From the IMG/VR virus record IMGVR_UViG_3300017913_001553, positions 1-64,000 of that record: 64,000 nt of DNA; one strand, given 5' to 3'. This DNA is from a virus (lineage: Duplodnaviria; Caudoviricetes). Of this stretch, positions 29,208 to 38,913 are shown in pieces. A program made the translations under genes and the position numbers. The notes below the pieces were generated by a model that ran no database searches, was not told the DNA's origin, and worked only from the letters and a program-made list of their open reading frames with translations. The number at the start of each line of letters is the position of its first letter. The first letter of the stretch is position 1.

Positions 29208-29214
29208 ATAAATA
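29207..29214 (+). promoter_or_regulatory. Late promoter TATAAATA
   Basis: TATAAATACTATAT, identical to the copies at 21763 and 41803. Confidence 0.8.
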
Positions 29215-29237
29215 CTATATAATTACAGAGGTTTATT

Positions 29238-30803
29238 ATGTCTACAAGTGGAACTGCTAATACCAGTTTGGTAAAAACTCCATATAAAAAAGAAGAATAC
29301 ACAGAAGAACAGATCATTGAATTAGCAAAGTGTGCCAGTGATCCGTTGTATTTTATTCGTGAGCATTGTTGGATTCAGCATCCAACAAAGGGACGCATGA
29401 AATTTAAACTTTATGAGTATCAAGAAGGACTGATAGACGCATATCATAATAATAGATATAGTGTTGCTTTGATTTCTCGACAGATGGGCAAATCAACTGC
29501 TGCGGCAGCATATCTACTTTGGTATAGCATGTTTAATCAAGACCAAACTATTTTGGTAGCAGCACACAAATTTAGTGGTGCGCAAGAAATTATGTCTCGA
29601 CTGAGATTTGCTTATGAACATTTGCCAGACTATTTAAGAGCAGGTGTAGTCTCATATAACAAAGGTTCTATTGAGTTTGATAATGGTTCACGTATTATCG
29701 CACAAGCAACAACAGAAAACACTGGTCGTGGTCTTTCTATTTCGTTAGCGTATCTGGACGAATTTGCATTTGTGCGTCCTAATATTGCCACTGAATTTTG
29801 GACTTCACTATCTCCAACATTATCAACTGGTGGTAAATGTATTATTACAAGTACACCTAACCAAGATGATGACCAATTTGCTCAAATTTGGCGTGAAGCA
29901 ATTAAAACGGTTGATGAATATGGCAATGAGCAGGAAGTTGGCAAAAATGGTTTCAAGGCATACAGTGCGGATTGGAAAGAACACCCAGATCGTGATCAAG
30001 ATTGGGCAGATGAAGAAATGTCTAAAATTGGTGAAGAAAGATTTAGACGTGAACACCTTAATGAATTTATCGCATACGATGAAACTCTTATTGATAGTAT
30101 CAAATTGTCCCTTATGGAATCAAAAGAACCATATGCTAAATTGGGACAAGTTCGTTGGTATAAACCACCAGTTCCTGGTAAAATATATTTGTTAGGACTT
30201 GATCCAAGTTTGGGTACAGGTGGTGACGCATCAGCAATTCAAGTATATGAGCTTCCTGGTATGAAACAAGTAGCAGAGTGGCAACACAATAAAACTACTG
30301 TACAAAACCAAGTTAAAATTATGATTCAGATTTTGAATTATATTGAAGCAGAAACTCATGGTGAAGTAGAGTTGTATTATAGTGTTGAAAATAATACATT
30401 GGGTGAAGCAGCACTTGTTGTGATTTCTGATATTGGGGAGGACATGATACCGGGAACATTTTTGTCAGAACCAAGAAAACGTGGCGCAAGTTTAAGAATC
30501 AGACGTGGTTTTACAACTACATATAAATCTAAATTGGCGGCATGTAGTAAATTAAAACATTGGGTAGAAACTGACAAAATTGAAGTTGCTAGTAAAAACT
30601 TACTTAGGGAATTAAAAACATTTATTGCCAGAGGAAATAGTTATTCTGCTAAAGAAGGTGAACACGATGACCTTGTTATGGCACTTGTTTTAATTGTCAG
30701 AATGGCACAAGAATTGACTAAGTATGAAGAGGATGCGTTTGAGTATTTACAGGCAGAAGATGATGATGATTGGGATGAGCCAATGCCATTCGATTTGATC
30801 TAA
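29238..30803 (+). CDS. terL: Terminase large subunit, T4 gp17-like
   Basis: YQEG Q motif, SRQMGKST Walker A, AYLDEFAF Walker B, TSTPN, GLDPSLG and HDDLVMA nuclease aspartates. Confidence 0.97.
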   Translation: MSTSGTANTSLVKTPYKKEEYTEEQIIELAKCASDPLYFIREHCWIQHPTKGRMKFKLYEYQEGLIDAYHNNRYSVALISRQMGKSTAAAAYLLWYSMFNQDQTILVAAHKFSGAQEIMSRLRFAYEHLPDYLRAGVVSYNKGSIEFDNGSRIIAQATTENTGRGLSISLAYLDEFAFVRPNIATEFWTSLSPTLSTGGKCIITSTPNQDDDQFAQIWREAIKTVDEYGNEQEVGKNGFKAYSADWKEHPDRDQDWADEEMSKIGEERFRREHLNEFIAYDETLIDSIKLSLMESKEPYAKLGQVRWYKPPVPGKIYLLGLDPSLGTGGDASAIQVYELPGMKQVAEWQHNKTTVQNQVKIMIQILNYIEAETHGEVELYYSVENNTLGEAALVVISDIGEDMIPGTFLSEPRKRGASLRIRRGFTTTYKSKLAACSKLKHWVETDKIEVASKNLLRELKTFIARGNSYSAKEGEHDDLVMALVLIVRMAQELTKYEEDAFEYLQAEDDDDWDEPMPFDLI

Positions 30804-30831
30804 AAAGATAAATACCAACAAGGAGAAAGCA

Positions 30832-32106
30832 ATGGAACAGATAGCATCAGATATTTTTGATATTCTAAAAGGCGCAAACTTTAAATTACGTCTTTTTGAT
30901 TACAGTGGTGGACAAACAGTGACACCAGAAAATGCTACACGTTTTTATGCGTATGATCAAGATTTTTTGGTAACATTACGTATAGATGACGGTAATCTTG
31001 AAGTTTTAGTTCAAACAGGTACAGATTTTAATATCGCAAACAACCATGGACTTGTTAAACAAATCAAGCAAGTTGCTCATAATAATTTAGGTGAATTCAC
31101 AGTGAGAAAATTTAGTAAAAATATCGAACCAAAAGATTTTAGTCACCAAAGTGTGAATGAAAGCGCATATGGCAAATCATATGGTAGTGTAAAAACAAGT
31201 TACGTTCCATTCAAGGAATCAAAACTAATTATCAAACACACAAAGGCAGTTAACGAAGAAAAGCGTGGTTCAAGATCACGTAATATACACAGCATTTTTA
31301 TTGAAAGTTCAGGGGGTGAACGTTTTAGATTCCCAATGAACTATTTAGCGGGTGCTAGAGCAATGGCAATGCATGTGAGTAATGGTAATACACCATACGA
31401 TCAAAAAGGACAATCGATCCTTTCAGTTTGTGAAGAAATTTCAGACTTGACAAATTTTGTTAAGCATGTAAGATCAAACAAACTAATGAACGAAAACAAT
31501 AGTACTACTGTTGAGATCGTGAAAGAGAGATTAGCATCTCAAAAAAATCTAATCAAGTCTCTAACAACTACAAGAGGTTATAACAATTTTGAAGTTCAAG
31601 AGAGTGAAGAAAATTTAGATGTTGACATTACAGAGGATTTTATGTATAATAGTTTTAATACTGATTCGCTAAATAAAGTTCTAAACACGGTAAACCGTGT
31701 AGTCAACGAAAACAGAAAGAAAGACAACATGCAAAAAGAATTATTAGGAAAACTTATGGATATTGTAGGAAATGGTGATTTAGGACTAGACCACCTTGAT
31801 CCAAATGACCCTGAAAATCCAAACAACGAAGATCAGGAAAAGTATAGTGGATCGCAAGGCATTGACGCGAAATTAAGTAGCATGTTGTCTTACATCGCAA
31901 AGCGTACAAAAAATGATTCGCTTGCGAATATAGCAGCCCAAATGGCAGATGAAGTACATAACAAAATGCCAATGGAAGTAAAGGTAGCACTTGCGAAGTT
32001 TGTAAACTTTGCTATGCTTTCACACAAAGTTAAAAAAGAAGATACATCTACTGAATCAGTAGTTGAATCAGTTGAAAATTCTATGAAATCAAAAATTTCA
32101 AAGTAA
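30832..32106 (+). CDS. Hypothetical protein, probably virion-associated
   Basis: 424 aa; ATAAATA and GGAG upstream; internal VNE-SAYG junction. Confidence 0.55.
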   Translation: MEQIASDIFDILKGANFKLRLFDYSGGQTVTPENATRFYAYDQDFLVTLRIDDGNLEVLVQTGTDFNIANNHGLVKQIKQVAHNNLGEFTVRKFSKNIEPKDFSHQSVNESAYGKSYGSVKTSYVPFKESKLIIKHTKAVNEEKRGSRSRNIHSIFIESSGGERFRFPMNYLAGARAMAMHVSNGNTPYDQKGQSILSVCEEISDLTNFVKHVRSNKLMNENNSTTVEIVKERLASQKNLIKSLTTTRGYNNFEVQESEENLDVDITEDFMYNSFNTDSLNKVLNTVNRVVNENRKKDNMQKELLGKLMDIVGNGDLGLDHLDPNDPENPNNEDQEKYSGSQGIDAKLSSMLSYIAKRTKNDSLANIAAQMADEVHNKMPMEVKVALAKFVNFAMLSHKVKKEDTSTESVVESVENSMKSKISK

Positions 32107-32119
32107 TTTCAAAAATTGC

Positions 32120-32148
32120 TTGACAATGAGCAATAAAAATTATACATT
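32120..32148 (+). promoter_or_regulatory. Sigma70-type promoter
   Basis: TTGACA-N17-TACATT upstream of the SSB gene. Confidence 0.75.
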
Positions 32149-32224
32149 GTAAGAGGCAAACAAATTAAGGCAATCGTGAATTATCACAAAAAGGCAAACA
32201 AAGGCTAATATAGGAGAAATAATT

Positions 32225-33223
32225 ATGGCAACTTTGGCAGAAATCCGTGCAAAACTTCTTGCACAACAAACAAACACAGATCGTAAAGCATCAACTGGTG
32301 GAGGAGACAATGCGATTTTCCCACACTGGAATATTCCAGAGGGATCAACCGCAACCATGCGTTTCCTACCAGATTCTGATGAAGAAAATACATTCTTCTG
32401 GAAAGAACGTCAAATGATCCGCTTGGAATTTCCAGGTGTCAAGGGCGGTGATGAACATAAAGCAATCACAGTTCAAGTACCATGTGTAGAAATGTGGGAC
32501 GAAACATGTCCAGTACATAGTGAAATTCGTCCATGGTTTAAGGACCCTTCACTAGAAGATACAGCACGAAAGTATTGGAAGAAGCGTTCGTATCTATTCC
32601 AAGGTTTTGTTCGTGATCATGAGTATTCTGACGATGAAACTCCAGAGAATCCAATTCGTCGTTTTGTAATCTCACCACAAATCTTTAAAATTATCAGTGC
32701 GGCGTTGATGGACCCTGATTTTCCAGAGATTCCAACTGACTATGAAGCAGGAACAGACTTTAAGATTGTTAAGTCAACAAAAGGTCAGTATGCTGATTAT
32801 TCAACTTCGAACTGGGCTCGTCGTGAACGTAGTCTAGATCAATCTGAGCGTGATGCTGTAGAAAACTATGGTCTATTTAATCTTGGTGATTTTCTACCGA
32901 AAAAACCAAGTGCTGATGAACTAAATGCGATTGCGCAAATGTTTGAAGCGAGTGTTGATGGTCAATTGTATGACCCAGACCTATTTGGTAACTTCTATCG
33001 TCCATATGGAATGGATGCTCCATCAGGCGGTGGCACAGTGGCACCACGTCCCACCCCAGAGTCAACTGTAAATGATACAGGGTGGAAAGAACCTGAAGCA
33101 GCAGCACCTACTTCAACCCCAACTCCACAACCAGAACCAGAACCTGTTGCATCGGCAGCATCTTCTGGTGATGATAAACCAAGTGCGCAAGACATTCTTG
33201 CCGCTATCCGCAATCGTGGATAA
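32225..33223 (+). CDS. Single-stranded DNA-binding protein, T4 gp32-like
   Basis: MATLAEIRAKL, MRFLPD, CVEMWDETCPV, DYEAGTDFKI, YADYSTS, Pro-rich linker and C-terminal DILAAIR. Confidence 0.9.
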   Translation: MATLAEIRAKLLAQQTNTDRKASTGGGDNAIFPHWNIPEGSTATMRFLPDSDEENTFFWKERQMIRLEFPGVKGGDEHKAITVQVPCVEMWDETCPVHSEIRPWFKDPSLEDTARKYWKKRSYLFQGFVRDHEYSDDETPENPIRRFVISPQIFKIISAALMDPDFPEIPTDYEAGTDFKIVKSTKGQYADYSTSNWARRERSLDQSERDAVENYGLFNLGDFLPKKPSADELNAIAQMFEASVDGQLYDPDLFGNFYRPYGMDAPSGGGTVAPRPTPESTVNDTGWKEPEAAAPTSTPTPQPEPEPVASAASSGDDKPSAQDILAAIRNRG

Positions 33224-33272
33224 ATCAGTTTAACAGAAGGGGGATAATAATCCCCCTTAGATTGGAGAAATT

Positions 33273-34358
33273 ATGGTAAAACCTTTTGATGTAAGTAAAT
33301 TCCGTAAAAGCATTACAAAAAGCGTTCCTGGTTTGAGTACAGGATTTCGTGATCCTGACACTTGGATTAGTACAGGGAATTATACTTTAAATAAACTAAT
33401 TAGTGGAGATTTTAATAAAGGTGTTCCACTAGGAAAAGTGTCTGTATTTGCGGGCGAAAGTGGCGCAGGGAAGTCATTTATTTGTTCTGGAAATCTTGTT
33501 CGTGAAGCACAGCAGCAAGGTATTTTTGTTGTTCTTATTGACAGTGAAAATGCTCTTGATGAAAAATGGTTACATGCGCTTGATGTTAGTACAGATGAAG
33601 ACAAACTTTTAAAACTAAACGTAGCAATGATTGATGATGTTGCCAAAGTTATTAATGACTTTATGGCAGATTACAAAAAAGAATACACTGATATTGAATC
33701 AGAAGATCGTCCTAAAGTATTGTTCGTATTGGACTCATTGGGCATGATGCTTACACCAACTGATGTTGATCAATTTAGTAAAGGTGATATGAAAGGTGAC
33801 ATGGGTCGCAAACCTAAAGCACTCACTGCACTTGTTCGTAACTGTGTCAATATGTTTGGTGATTATAATGTTGGACTAGTGGCAACTAACCATACATATG
33901 CGTCACAAGATATGTTTGATCCAGATGATAAAATTAGTGGTGGTCAGGGATTTATCTATGCGTCAAGTATTGTTGTTGCTATGCGTAAATTGAAACTAAA
34001 AACAGATGCAGATGGAAATAAAACTACTACAGTAAATGGTATCCGTGCAGCATGTAAAGTTATGAAGACACGTTACGCAAAACCATTTGAAAGCGTACAA
34101 GTTGAAATTCCCTATGAAACAGGAATGAGTCCTTATAGTGGACTTACTGAGTTTTTTGAAGCAAAAGGACTTTTGAAAAAGTCTGGTAATAGTCTTGAAT
34201 ACATTTCACCATTGACTGGCGAAGTTATCAAAAAGTTCCGTAAAGCATGGAACAAAAATGATAATGGTTGTTTAGATACAATTATGGAAGAATATAATGA
34301 AGATGCTACAGAAGATTCAATAATTGATGATGTAGGTGTTGAAAATGAGATTGAGTGA
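33273..34358 (+). CDS. uvsX: RecA-like recombinase UvsX
   Basis: GESGAGKS Walker A, LIDSENA, FVLDSLG, DMGRKPK, NHTY, SGGQGFIYASS, KTRYAKPF. Confidence 0.95.
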   Translation: MVKPFDVSKFRKSITKSVPGLSTGFRDPDTWISTGNYTLNKLISGDFNKGVPLGKVSVFAGESGAGKSFICSGNLVREAQQQGIFVVLIDSENALDEKWLHALDVSTDEDKLLKLNVAMIDDVAKVINDFMADYKKEYTDIESEDRPKVLFVLDSLGMMLTPTDVDQFSKGDMKGDMGRKPKALTALVRNCVNMFGDYNVGLVATNHTYASQDMFDPDDKISGGQGFIYASSIVVAMRKLKLKTDADGNKTTTVNGIRAACKVMKTRYAKPFESVQVEIPYETGMSPYSGLTEFFEAKGLLKKSGNSLEYISPLTGEVIKKFRKAWNKNDNGCLDTIMEEYNEDATEDSIIDDVGVENEIE

Positions 34359-34596
34359 TCAAGAATTAGAAATTTATCTTGGAATTTATGAAAGTGCCAA
34401 GGGATTGGTTCCAGTAAAAGATCGTCCAGATTGGGCATTTCGATTCCTCGAACTTCTTGATGGTGAGGGAATTGAAATTAAATTATACAGTCAAGAGATC
34501 GTAGATTGCTGTCCGTATCTTGATAAGGCAATGGATATTGTTCTTGAAGATATGGAAGAAGATTGGGAAGTTGACCAAGACGACGAGTGGGATTAA
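34345..34596 (+). CDS. Small acidic hypothetical protein
   Basis: ORF between uvsX and uvsY, abutting both. Confidence 0.55.
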   Translation: MRLSDQELEIYLGIYESAKGLVPVKDRPDWAFRFLELLDGEGIEIKLYSQEIVDCCPYLDKAMDIVLEDMEEDWEVDQDDEWD

Positions 34597-35055
34597 ATGA
34601 GTCAGTGGTACGGAAAAGTGACAAAAGATATGGCACAAATTGTGAGTGCCATATCTCACTATGAACAGCAATTAGATGAAGCGCGTTTTGAGTGCGGCAT
34701 GAAGGGCAATCTAGAAAAGCAGAGTCGTGATATGCCAGGAATTGTTGAGCACCGCTTTAATCAACTTCAAGAAATTGAAGCAATACTTGAACATCTAAAC
34801 ACTGAAATGCGTAAATTACGTAGTAGAACATTTAGAAAGTATTTGGAAAATTACAATCGCGCATTAAGCAGTCGTGATGCTGAAAAGTACGTTGATGGTG
34901 AACAAGAAGTTGTTGATCTACAATACTTGATTAACGATTTTAGTTTGGTTAGAAATAAATTTCATGGTGTAATTAAAGCATTAGAAGCAAAGCAGTTTCA
35001 AATTAATAATATTGTTAAACTACGTGCTGCTGGACTAGAAGATATTTCATTATAA
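34597..35055 (+). CDS. uvsY: Recombination mediator UvsY-like
   Basis: Helical; FRKYLENYNRALSSRDAEKYVDGE...KALEAKQFQINNIVKLRAAG; downstream of uvsX. Confidence 0.75.
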   Translation: MSQWYGKVTKDMAQIVSAISHYEQQLDEARFECGMKGNLEKQSRDMPGIVEHRFNQLQEIEAILEHLNTEMRKLRSRTFRKYLENYNRALSSRDAEKYVDGEQEVVDLQYLINDFSLVRNKFHGVIKALEAKQFQINNIVKLRAAGLEDISL

Positions 35056-35079
35056 AATAGATTTTGAATACCCCAAACT

Positions 35080-35103
35080 TGCCCCTTTATGGGGCATTTT
35101 TTT
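35080..35103 (+). terminator. Rho-independent terminator
   Basis: TGCCCC-TTTAT-GGGGCA followed by T7. Confidence 0.85.
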
Positions 35104-35104
35104 G

Positions 35105-35133
35105 TTGACATGTAAAGTGTTTTACTATACTAT
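35105..35133 (+). promoter_or_regulatory. Sigma70-type promoter
   Basis: TTGACA, ~17 nt spacer, TACTAT. Confidence 0.75.
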
Positions 35134-35190
35134 AAAACTATAAGGAAACGAATCTGAAATAATGATTCATATCGTAGGACATACACAAAC

Positions 35191-35892
35191 ATGACAAACG
35201 TAAATAAAAAACTATCTCAAGTGTCAGTTGAAAAAGTATTGGCATTATCTATTATGGTGTATGAGACTTTTGGTTTTGTGCGTAGTAATCAAGGTTATTA
35301 TAAGGAACTAGAAGATGGTACCCTTGTAAAAATAAATGACAGTAAAACTGAACTATTAGGTTTTATCGATCAAGATGTTGAACCATCAGCAGAACATATC
35401 AAACTTGCCAATGAAATTTTAGAAAAATTTAATCAGAAGTATATGGTTAAAAAACTATCTGGTGGTTTGACTTCTTTTGAAAAAAATGTTGCTAATGCAT
35501 TTTCCACAGATAAACTAACATCATTTGACGTTGCTATTTTGGCAAGCATTCCAAATATGAATGAGGTTGATAAGAAGCGTCAGGAAGTAGACGATATTAT
35601 TGAGGGTGTTCGTTTTACTAGTTCGTACTTTGGCGCAGTTCGTGAAAGATATGAACTAGTAGTTAAAGTTGTTGATTGTAAATACATTCAAGCGAGTGGT
35701 GTCTATATGATCACCACATTGCGTGAACAGCAAGACATTATTAAATTCTGGTGGCGTGACCAACCAGACCTTAGTGATATCATAGAAGGTCGTGAACTTA
35801 TGATTCGGGGCACAGTGAATCGTCACGAAAAAGGGCGTTTCTCTGGTGCGCAAGAGACTATGATGAATCGTGTAAAGATACTTTCAAATTAA
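35191..35892 (+). CDS. Hypothetical protein with possible C-terminal OB fold
   Basis: GAVRERYELVVKVV...YMIT...IKFW...LMIRGTVNRHE...ETMMNRVK. Confidence 0.5.
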   Translation: MTNVNKKLSQVSVEKVLALSIMVYETFGFVRSNQGYYKELEDGTLVKINDSKTELLGFIDQDVEPSAEHIKLANEILEKFNQKYMVKKLSGGLTSFEKNVANAFSTDKLTSFDVAILASIPNMNEVDKKRQEVDDIIEGVRFTSSYFGAVRERYELVVKVVDCKYIQASGVYMITTLREQQDIIKFWWRDQPDLSDIIEGRELMIRGTVNRHEKGRFSGAQETMMNRVKILSN

Positions 35893-35911
35893 AAAAAATT
35901 ATAACTCATTG

Positions 35912-35940
35912 AAAAGGCAAGATTTTTTCTTGCCTTTTTT
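35912..35940 (+). terminator. Rho-independent terminator (possibly bidirectional)
   Basis: AAAAGGCAAGA / TCTTGCCTTTT stem flanked by A and T runs. Confidence 0.85.
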
Positions 35941-35942
35941 AG

Positions 35943-35973
35943 TTGACAAGTAAAGCATTTTACTTCATACTAT
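35943..35973 (+). promoter_or_regulatory. Sigma70-type promoter
   Basis: TTGACA with CATACT at 17 nt or TACTAT at 19 nt. Confidence 0.65.
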
Positions 35974-36002
35974 ATAAGTAATCAAGAGAAAAGGAATCAG
36001 TT

Positions 36003-36869
36003 ATGGCGAAAGTAATGGAATTGAAAGTAACTAAGAAAAAAGCGGTAGGTCGCCCACGCAAAAACGCAGCAAAGACTGTAGAAGCAGAACCAAAGATTGT
36101 TGAATCAGATGATCAAATCATGGAACGTTTGCGTGAACGATTCCAAATTCTAGAAGACATGACACAAGCAAGTGTTGATGGTATTGTACGTGGTATGGTT
36201 GTCACTGGACCTCCCGGTGTTGGTAAATCATATGGTGTTGAGAATGTCATTGACAAGAACAGTTTGTTTGACAAAATGGCTGGCAATCGTCTACGGTTTT
36301 CAATTGAAAAGGGTGCCGCATCTGCGATTGGTCTTTATAAGTTACTTTACAATTACAGCGATAAGAACAATGTTTTGGTTCTTGATGATTGTGATAGTGT
36401 TCTTTATGATGAAACATCACTTAACCTATTGAAAGCAGCACTTGATAGTGGTCAAAAACGCCGCTTGTCATGGAATACTGACAGTGCTATGCTTCGTCGT
36501 GAAGGTATCCCAGATACATTTGAGTTTAAGGGATCAGTTATTTTTATCACAAACTTGAAGTTTGATAAGGTGCGTGGCAAGATCAAAGATCATTTGGATG
36601 CTATCATGTCTCGTTGTCACTACCTAGATTTGACTATGGATACTACACGTGAAAAGTTGCTTCGTATTAAGCAAATCGTTGGTGATGGTATGCTCAATTC
36701 ATATGGTTTTCAAAATGGTGAAGACAAAGAAGTTGTTGAATGGATCATCGAAAATCAAAATCGCCTACGTGAAGTTTCATTGCGCATGGTTTGTAAGGTT
36801 GCTGATCTGCGTAAAGCAATGGATAGTCGTTGGAAAATTATGGCAGAATGTACTTGCCTAGTGCGCTAA
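36003..36869 (+). CDS. AAA+ family ATPase with N-terminal AT-hook-like motif
   Basis: VTGPPGVGKS Walker A, VLVLDDCD Walker B, IFITN sensor 1, AIMSRC arginine finger; KKKAVGRPRK near the N-terminus. Confidence 0.8.
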   Translation: MAKVMELKVTKKKAVGRPRKNAAKTVEAEPKIVESDDQIMERLRERFQILEDMTQASVDGIVRGMVVTGPPGVGKSYGVENVIDKNSLFDKMAGNRLRFSIEKGAASAIGLYKLLYNYSDKNNVLVLDDCDSVLYDETSLNLLKAALDSGQKRRLSWNTDSAMLRREGIPDTFEFKGSVIFITNLKFDKVRGKIKDHLDAIMSRCHYLDLTMDTTREKLLRIKQIVGDGMLNSYGFQNGEDKEVVEWIIENQNRLREVSLRMVCKVADLRKAMDSRWKIMAECTCLVR

Positions 36870-36891
36870 AAGTACTATTACGAAAGTAGAG

Positions 36892-36917
36892 ATAATCCCC
36901 TCTTGGGGATTATTTTT
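36892..36917 (+). terminator. Rho-independent terminator
   Basis: ATAATCCCC-TCTT-GGGGATTAT followed by a T run. Confidence 0.8.
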
Positions 36918-36920
36918 AAT

Positions 36921-36949
36921 TTGACAAACATAAACAAAAATGATATATT
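36921..36949 (+). promoter_or_regulatory. Sigma70-type promoter (leaderless)
   Basis: TTGACA-N17-TATATT, 7 nt before the uvsW ATG. Confidence 0.7.
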
Positions 36950-36956
36950 GAATATT

Positions 36957-38402
36957 ATGAAATGTAAAATTATTCTAAAAGATGAAGTCAATTGTAAGAT
37001 TGAAGGTCTTGATCTAGACACTCGTAAAAAGTGTGAGAAAGAACTCAAATTTAAACTACCATATGCATATCACGTGCCTGCCTATAAATTAGGTAGATGG
37101 GATGGTTGTGTTAGTTTCTTTAGTATTGGTGGCGTGACATTCACTAATCTATTAGAAGATATTATACCAACTATTATTGGTGGTGGATATGAAATTGAAT
37201 TAGAGGACCATAGAGATCATACTAAATTACCATTTGATCCAGTTGACGAAACTACATTTCAACATAAGGTGTGGCCAAAAGGACATCCAGTAGAAGGTCA
37301 ACCTGTAACACTTCGTGACTATCAGATTCAAATTGTAAATCAGTTTTTATCAACACCACAGTGTTTACAGGAGATTGCCACTGGTGCTGGCAAGACACTT
37401 ATCACAGCAGCATTGAGTAACCAAGTTGAGAAATATGGACGTAGTATTGTAATTGTCCCCAATAAAGATTTGGTAAAACAAACACGCGATGATTACGTGA
37501 ACTTGGGACTTGATGTTGGTGTGTATTTTGGAGATAAAAAAGAACTTGGTCACATGCATACTATTTGTACTTGGCAAAGTTTGAATAGTATTAAAAAGCA
37601 GTTCAAAGAAGCAAAGTCAGATTTAAGTTTGGCAGAATTTGCAGAGGATGTTGTCTGTGTCATTGTTGATGAAGTTCACCAAGCCAAAGCAGATGTTTTA
37701 AAAGAATTGTTGACCAGAGACTTTTCTCATATTCCGCTACGTTGGGGACTTACAGGAACAATTCCAAAAGAGAAGCACGAGAAGACAGCATTAAAGGCAT
37801 CATTGGGTGAAGTTGTCAATAAACTAGAAGCAAAAGAACTTCAAGATATGGGAGTGCTTAGTGATTGTCATGTTAACATCATTCAGATGCTAGAAACAGT
37901 TCAGTATGATAATTATCAAAGTGAACTAAGTTATTTGACAACTGACCCAGATCGTATGGAATATGTTATAAATTTAATTAAAAATATTAGTGAGAGTGGT
38001 AATACTCTTGTTCTTGTAGATAGATTAAAATCAGGGAACCTATTAAAAGATAATATAGAAGGATCAAAGTTCGTACATGGAGAAGTTAAAGACCGTAAAT
38101 CAACATATGATGAAATTAATGAAAGTGATAATTCGATCACTATTGCAACCTACGGCGTGGCTGCTGTTGGTATTAATATTCCACGTATTTTTAACCTTGT
38201 ACTTCTTGAACCAGGTAAATCTTTTGTTAGAGTTATACAGTCAATCGGTAGAGGAATCCGTAAGGCAAGTGACAAAAACCATGTAGAAATTTGGGATATA
38301 ACTAGTACCGCCAAGTATAGCAAAAAACATTTAACAGAACGAAAAAGATTTTATAAAGACGCCAATTATCCATTCACGATTGAAAAGGTAAATTGGCACT
38401 GA
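36957..38402 (+). CDS. uvsW: SF2 helicase UvsW
   Basis: LRDYQ, ATGAGKT, VDEVHQAK (DExH), GLTGT, ATYGVAAVGINIP, IQSIGRGIR. Confidence 0.92.
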   Translation: MKCKIILKDEVNCKIEGLDLDTRKKCEKELKFKLPYAYHVPAYKLGRWDGCVSFFSIGGVTFTNLLEDIIPTIIGGGYEIELEDHRDHTKLPFDPVDETTFQHKVWPKGHPVEGQPVTLRDYQIQIVNQFLSTPQCLQEIATGAGKTLITAALSNQVEKYGRSIVIVPNKDLVKQTRDDYVNLGLDVGVYFGDKKELGHMHTICTWQSLNSIKKQFKEAKSDLSLAEFAEDVVCVIVDEVHQAKADVLKELLTRDFSHIPLRWGLTGTIPKEKHEKTALKASLGEVVNKLEAKELQDMGVLSDCHVNIIQMLETVQYDNYQSELSYLTTDPDRMEYVINLIKNISESGNTLVLVDRLKSGNLLKDNIEGSKFVHGEVKDRKSTYDEINESDNSITIATYGVAAVGINIPRIFNLVLLEPGKSFVRVIQSIGRGIRKASDKNHVEIWDITSTAKYSKKHLTERKRFYKDANYPFTIEKVNWH

Positions 38403-38412
38403 GGCACAGTAA

Positions 38413-38913
38413 ATGAAAATTTTAACAAATCAAAATACAACGTATGAGTTGGATGAAATACCAGAGACAGTTGATGATCTAAGGTATGGTATCTTGGACT
38501 ATACCAATCCAAAAAACGTTGATTATTATTTTATTCCATTGATATTTTTGGAAAGTTTCTATAGTCCAGCAGCAGTATTGCAGATCGGAAAATATACAGT
38601 AAATGTCCCCCTTGATTGGAGCATCGTAATTTGTGATTCACAAGTTGGAAATCCAGAAGTTGTTAGTGTCATGGGGTTGAATGACCGTGGGCTACAGGCA
38701 TTTGCTCTTAATCCAATTTCTGGTTATACGCCACAATATCTTGACATTTCAATTACAAATGTGTACAGTGATGTTAAGTGGCATGCACCAAAACTAAAAT
38801 TTGGACACGTTCTTTGTGTTCCACTAAGTGATGAACCAGAGAGTCCTTGTATTCTCATTTTAAAAGATAGCAATAAAATCCCAGAAGTATTAGATATTAA
38901 CGATATTTGGTAA
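38413..38913 (+). CDS. Hypothetical beta-rich protein
   Basis: 166 aa ORF in the uvsW operon. Confidence 0.55.
   Translation: MKILTNQNTTYELDEIPETVDDLRYGILDYTNPKNVDYYFIPLIFLESFYSPAAVLQIGKYTVNVPLDWSIVICDSQVGNPEVVSVMGLNDRGLQAFALNPISGYTPQYLDISITNVYSDVKWHAPKLKFGHVLCVPLSDEPESPCILILKDSNKIPEVLDINDIW

Noticed and set aside
33237-33258. AAGGGGGAT-AATA-ATCCCCCTT hairpin as a terminator
   Set aside because: There is no U tract, so it is more likely an mRNA-stabilising or processing hairpin between gp32 and uvsX.
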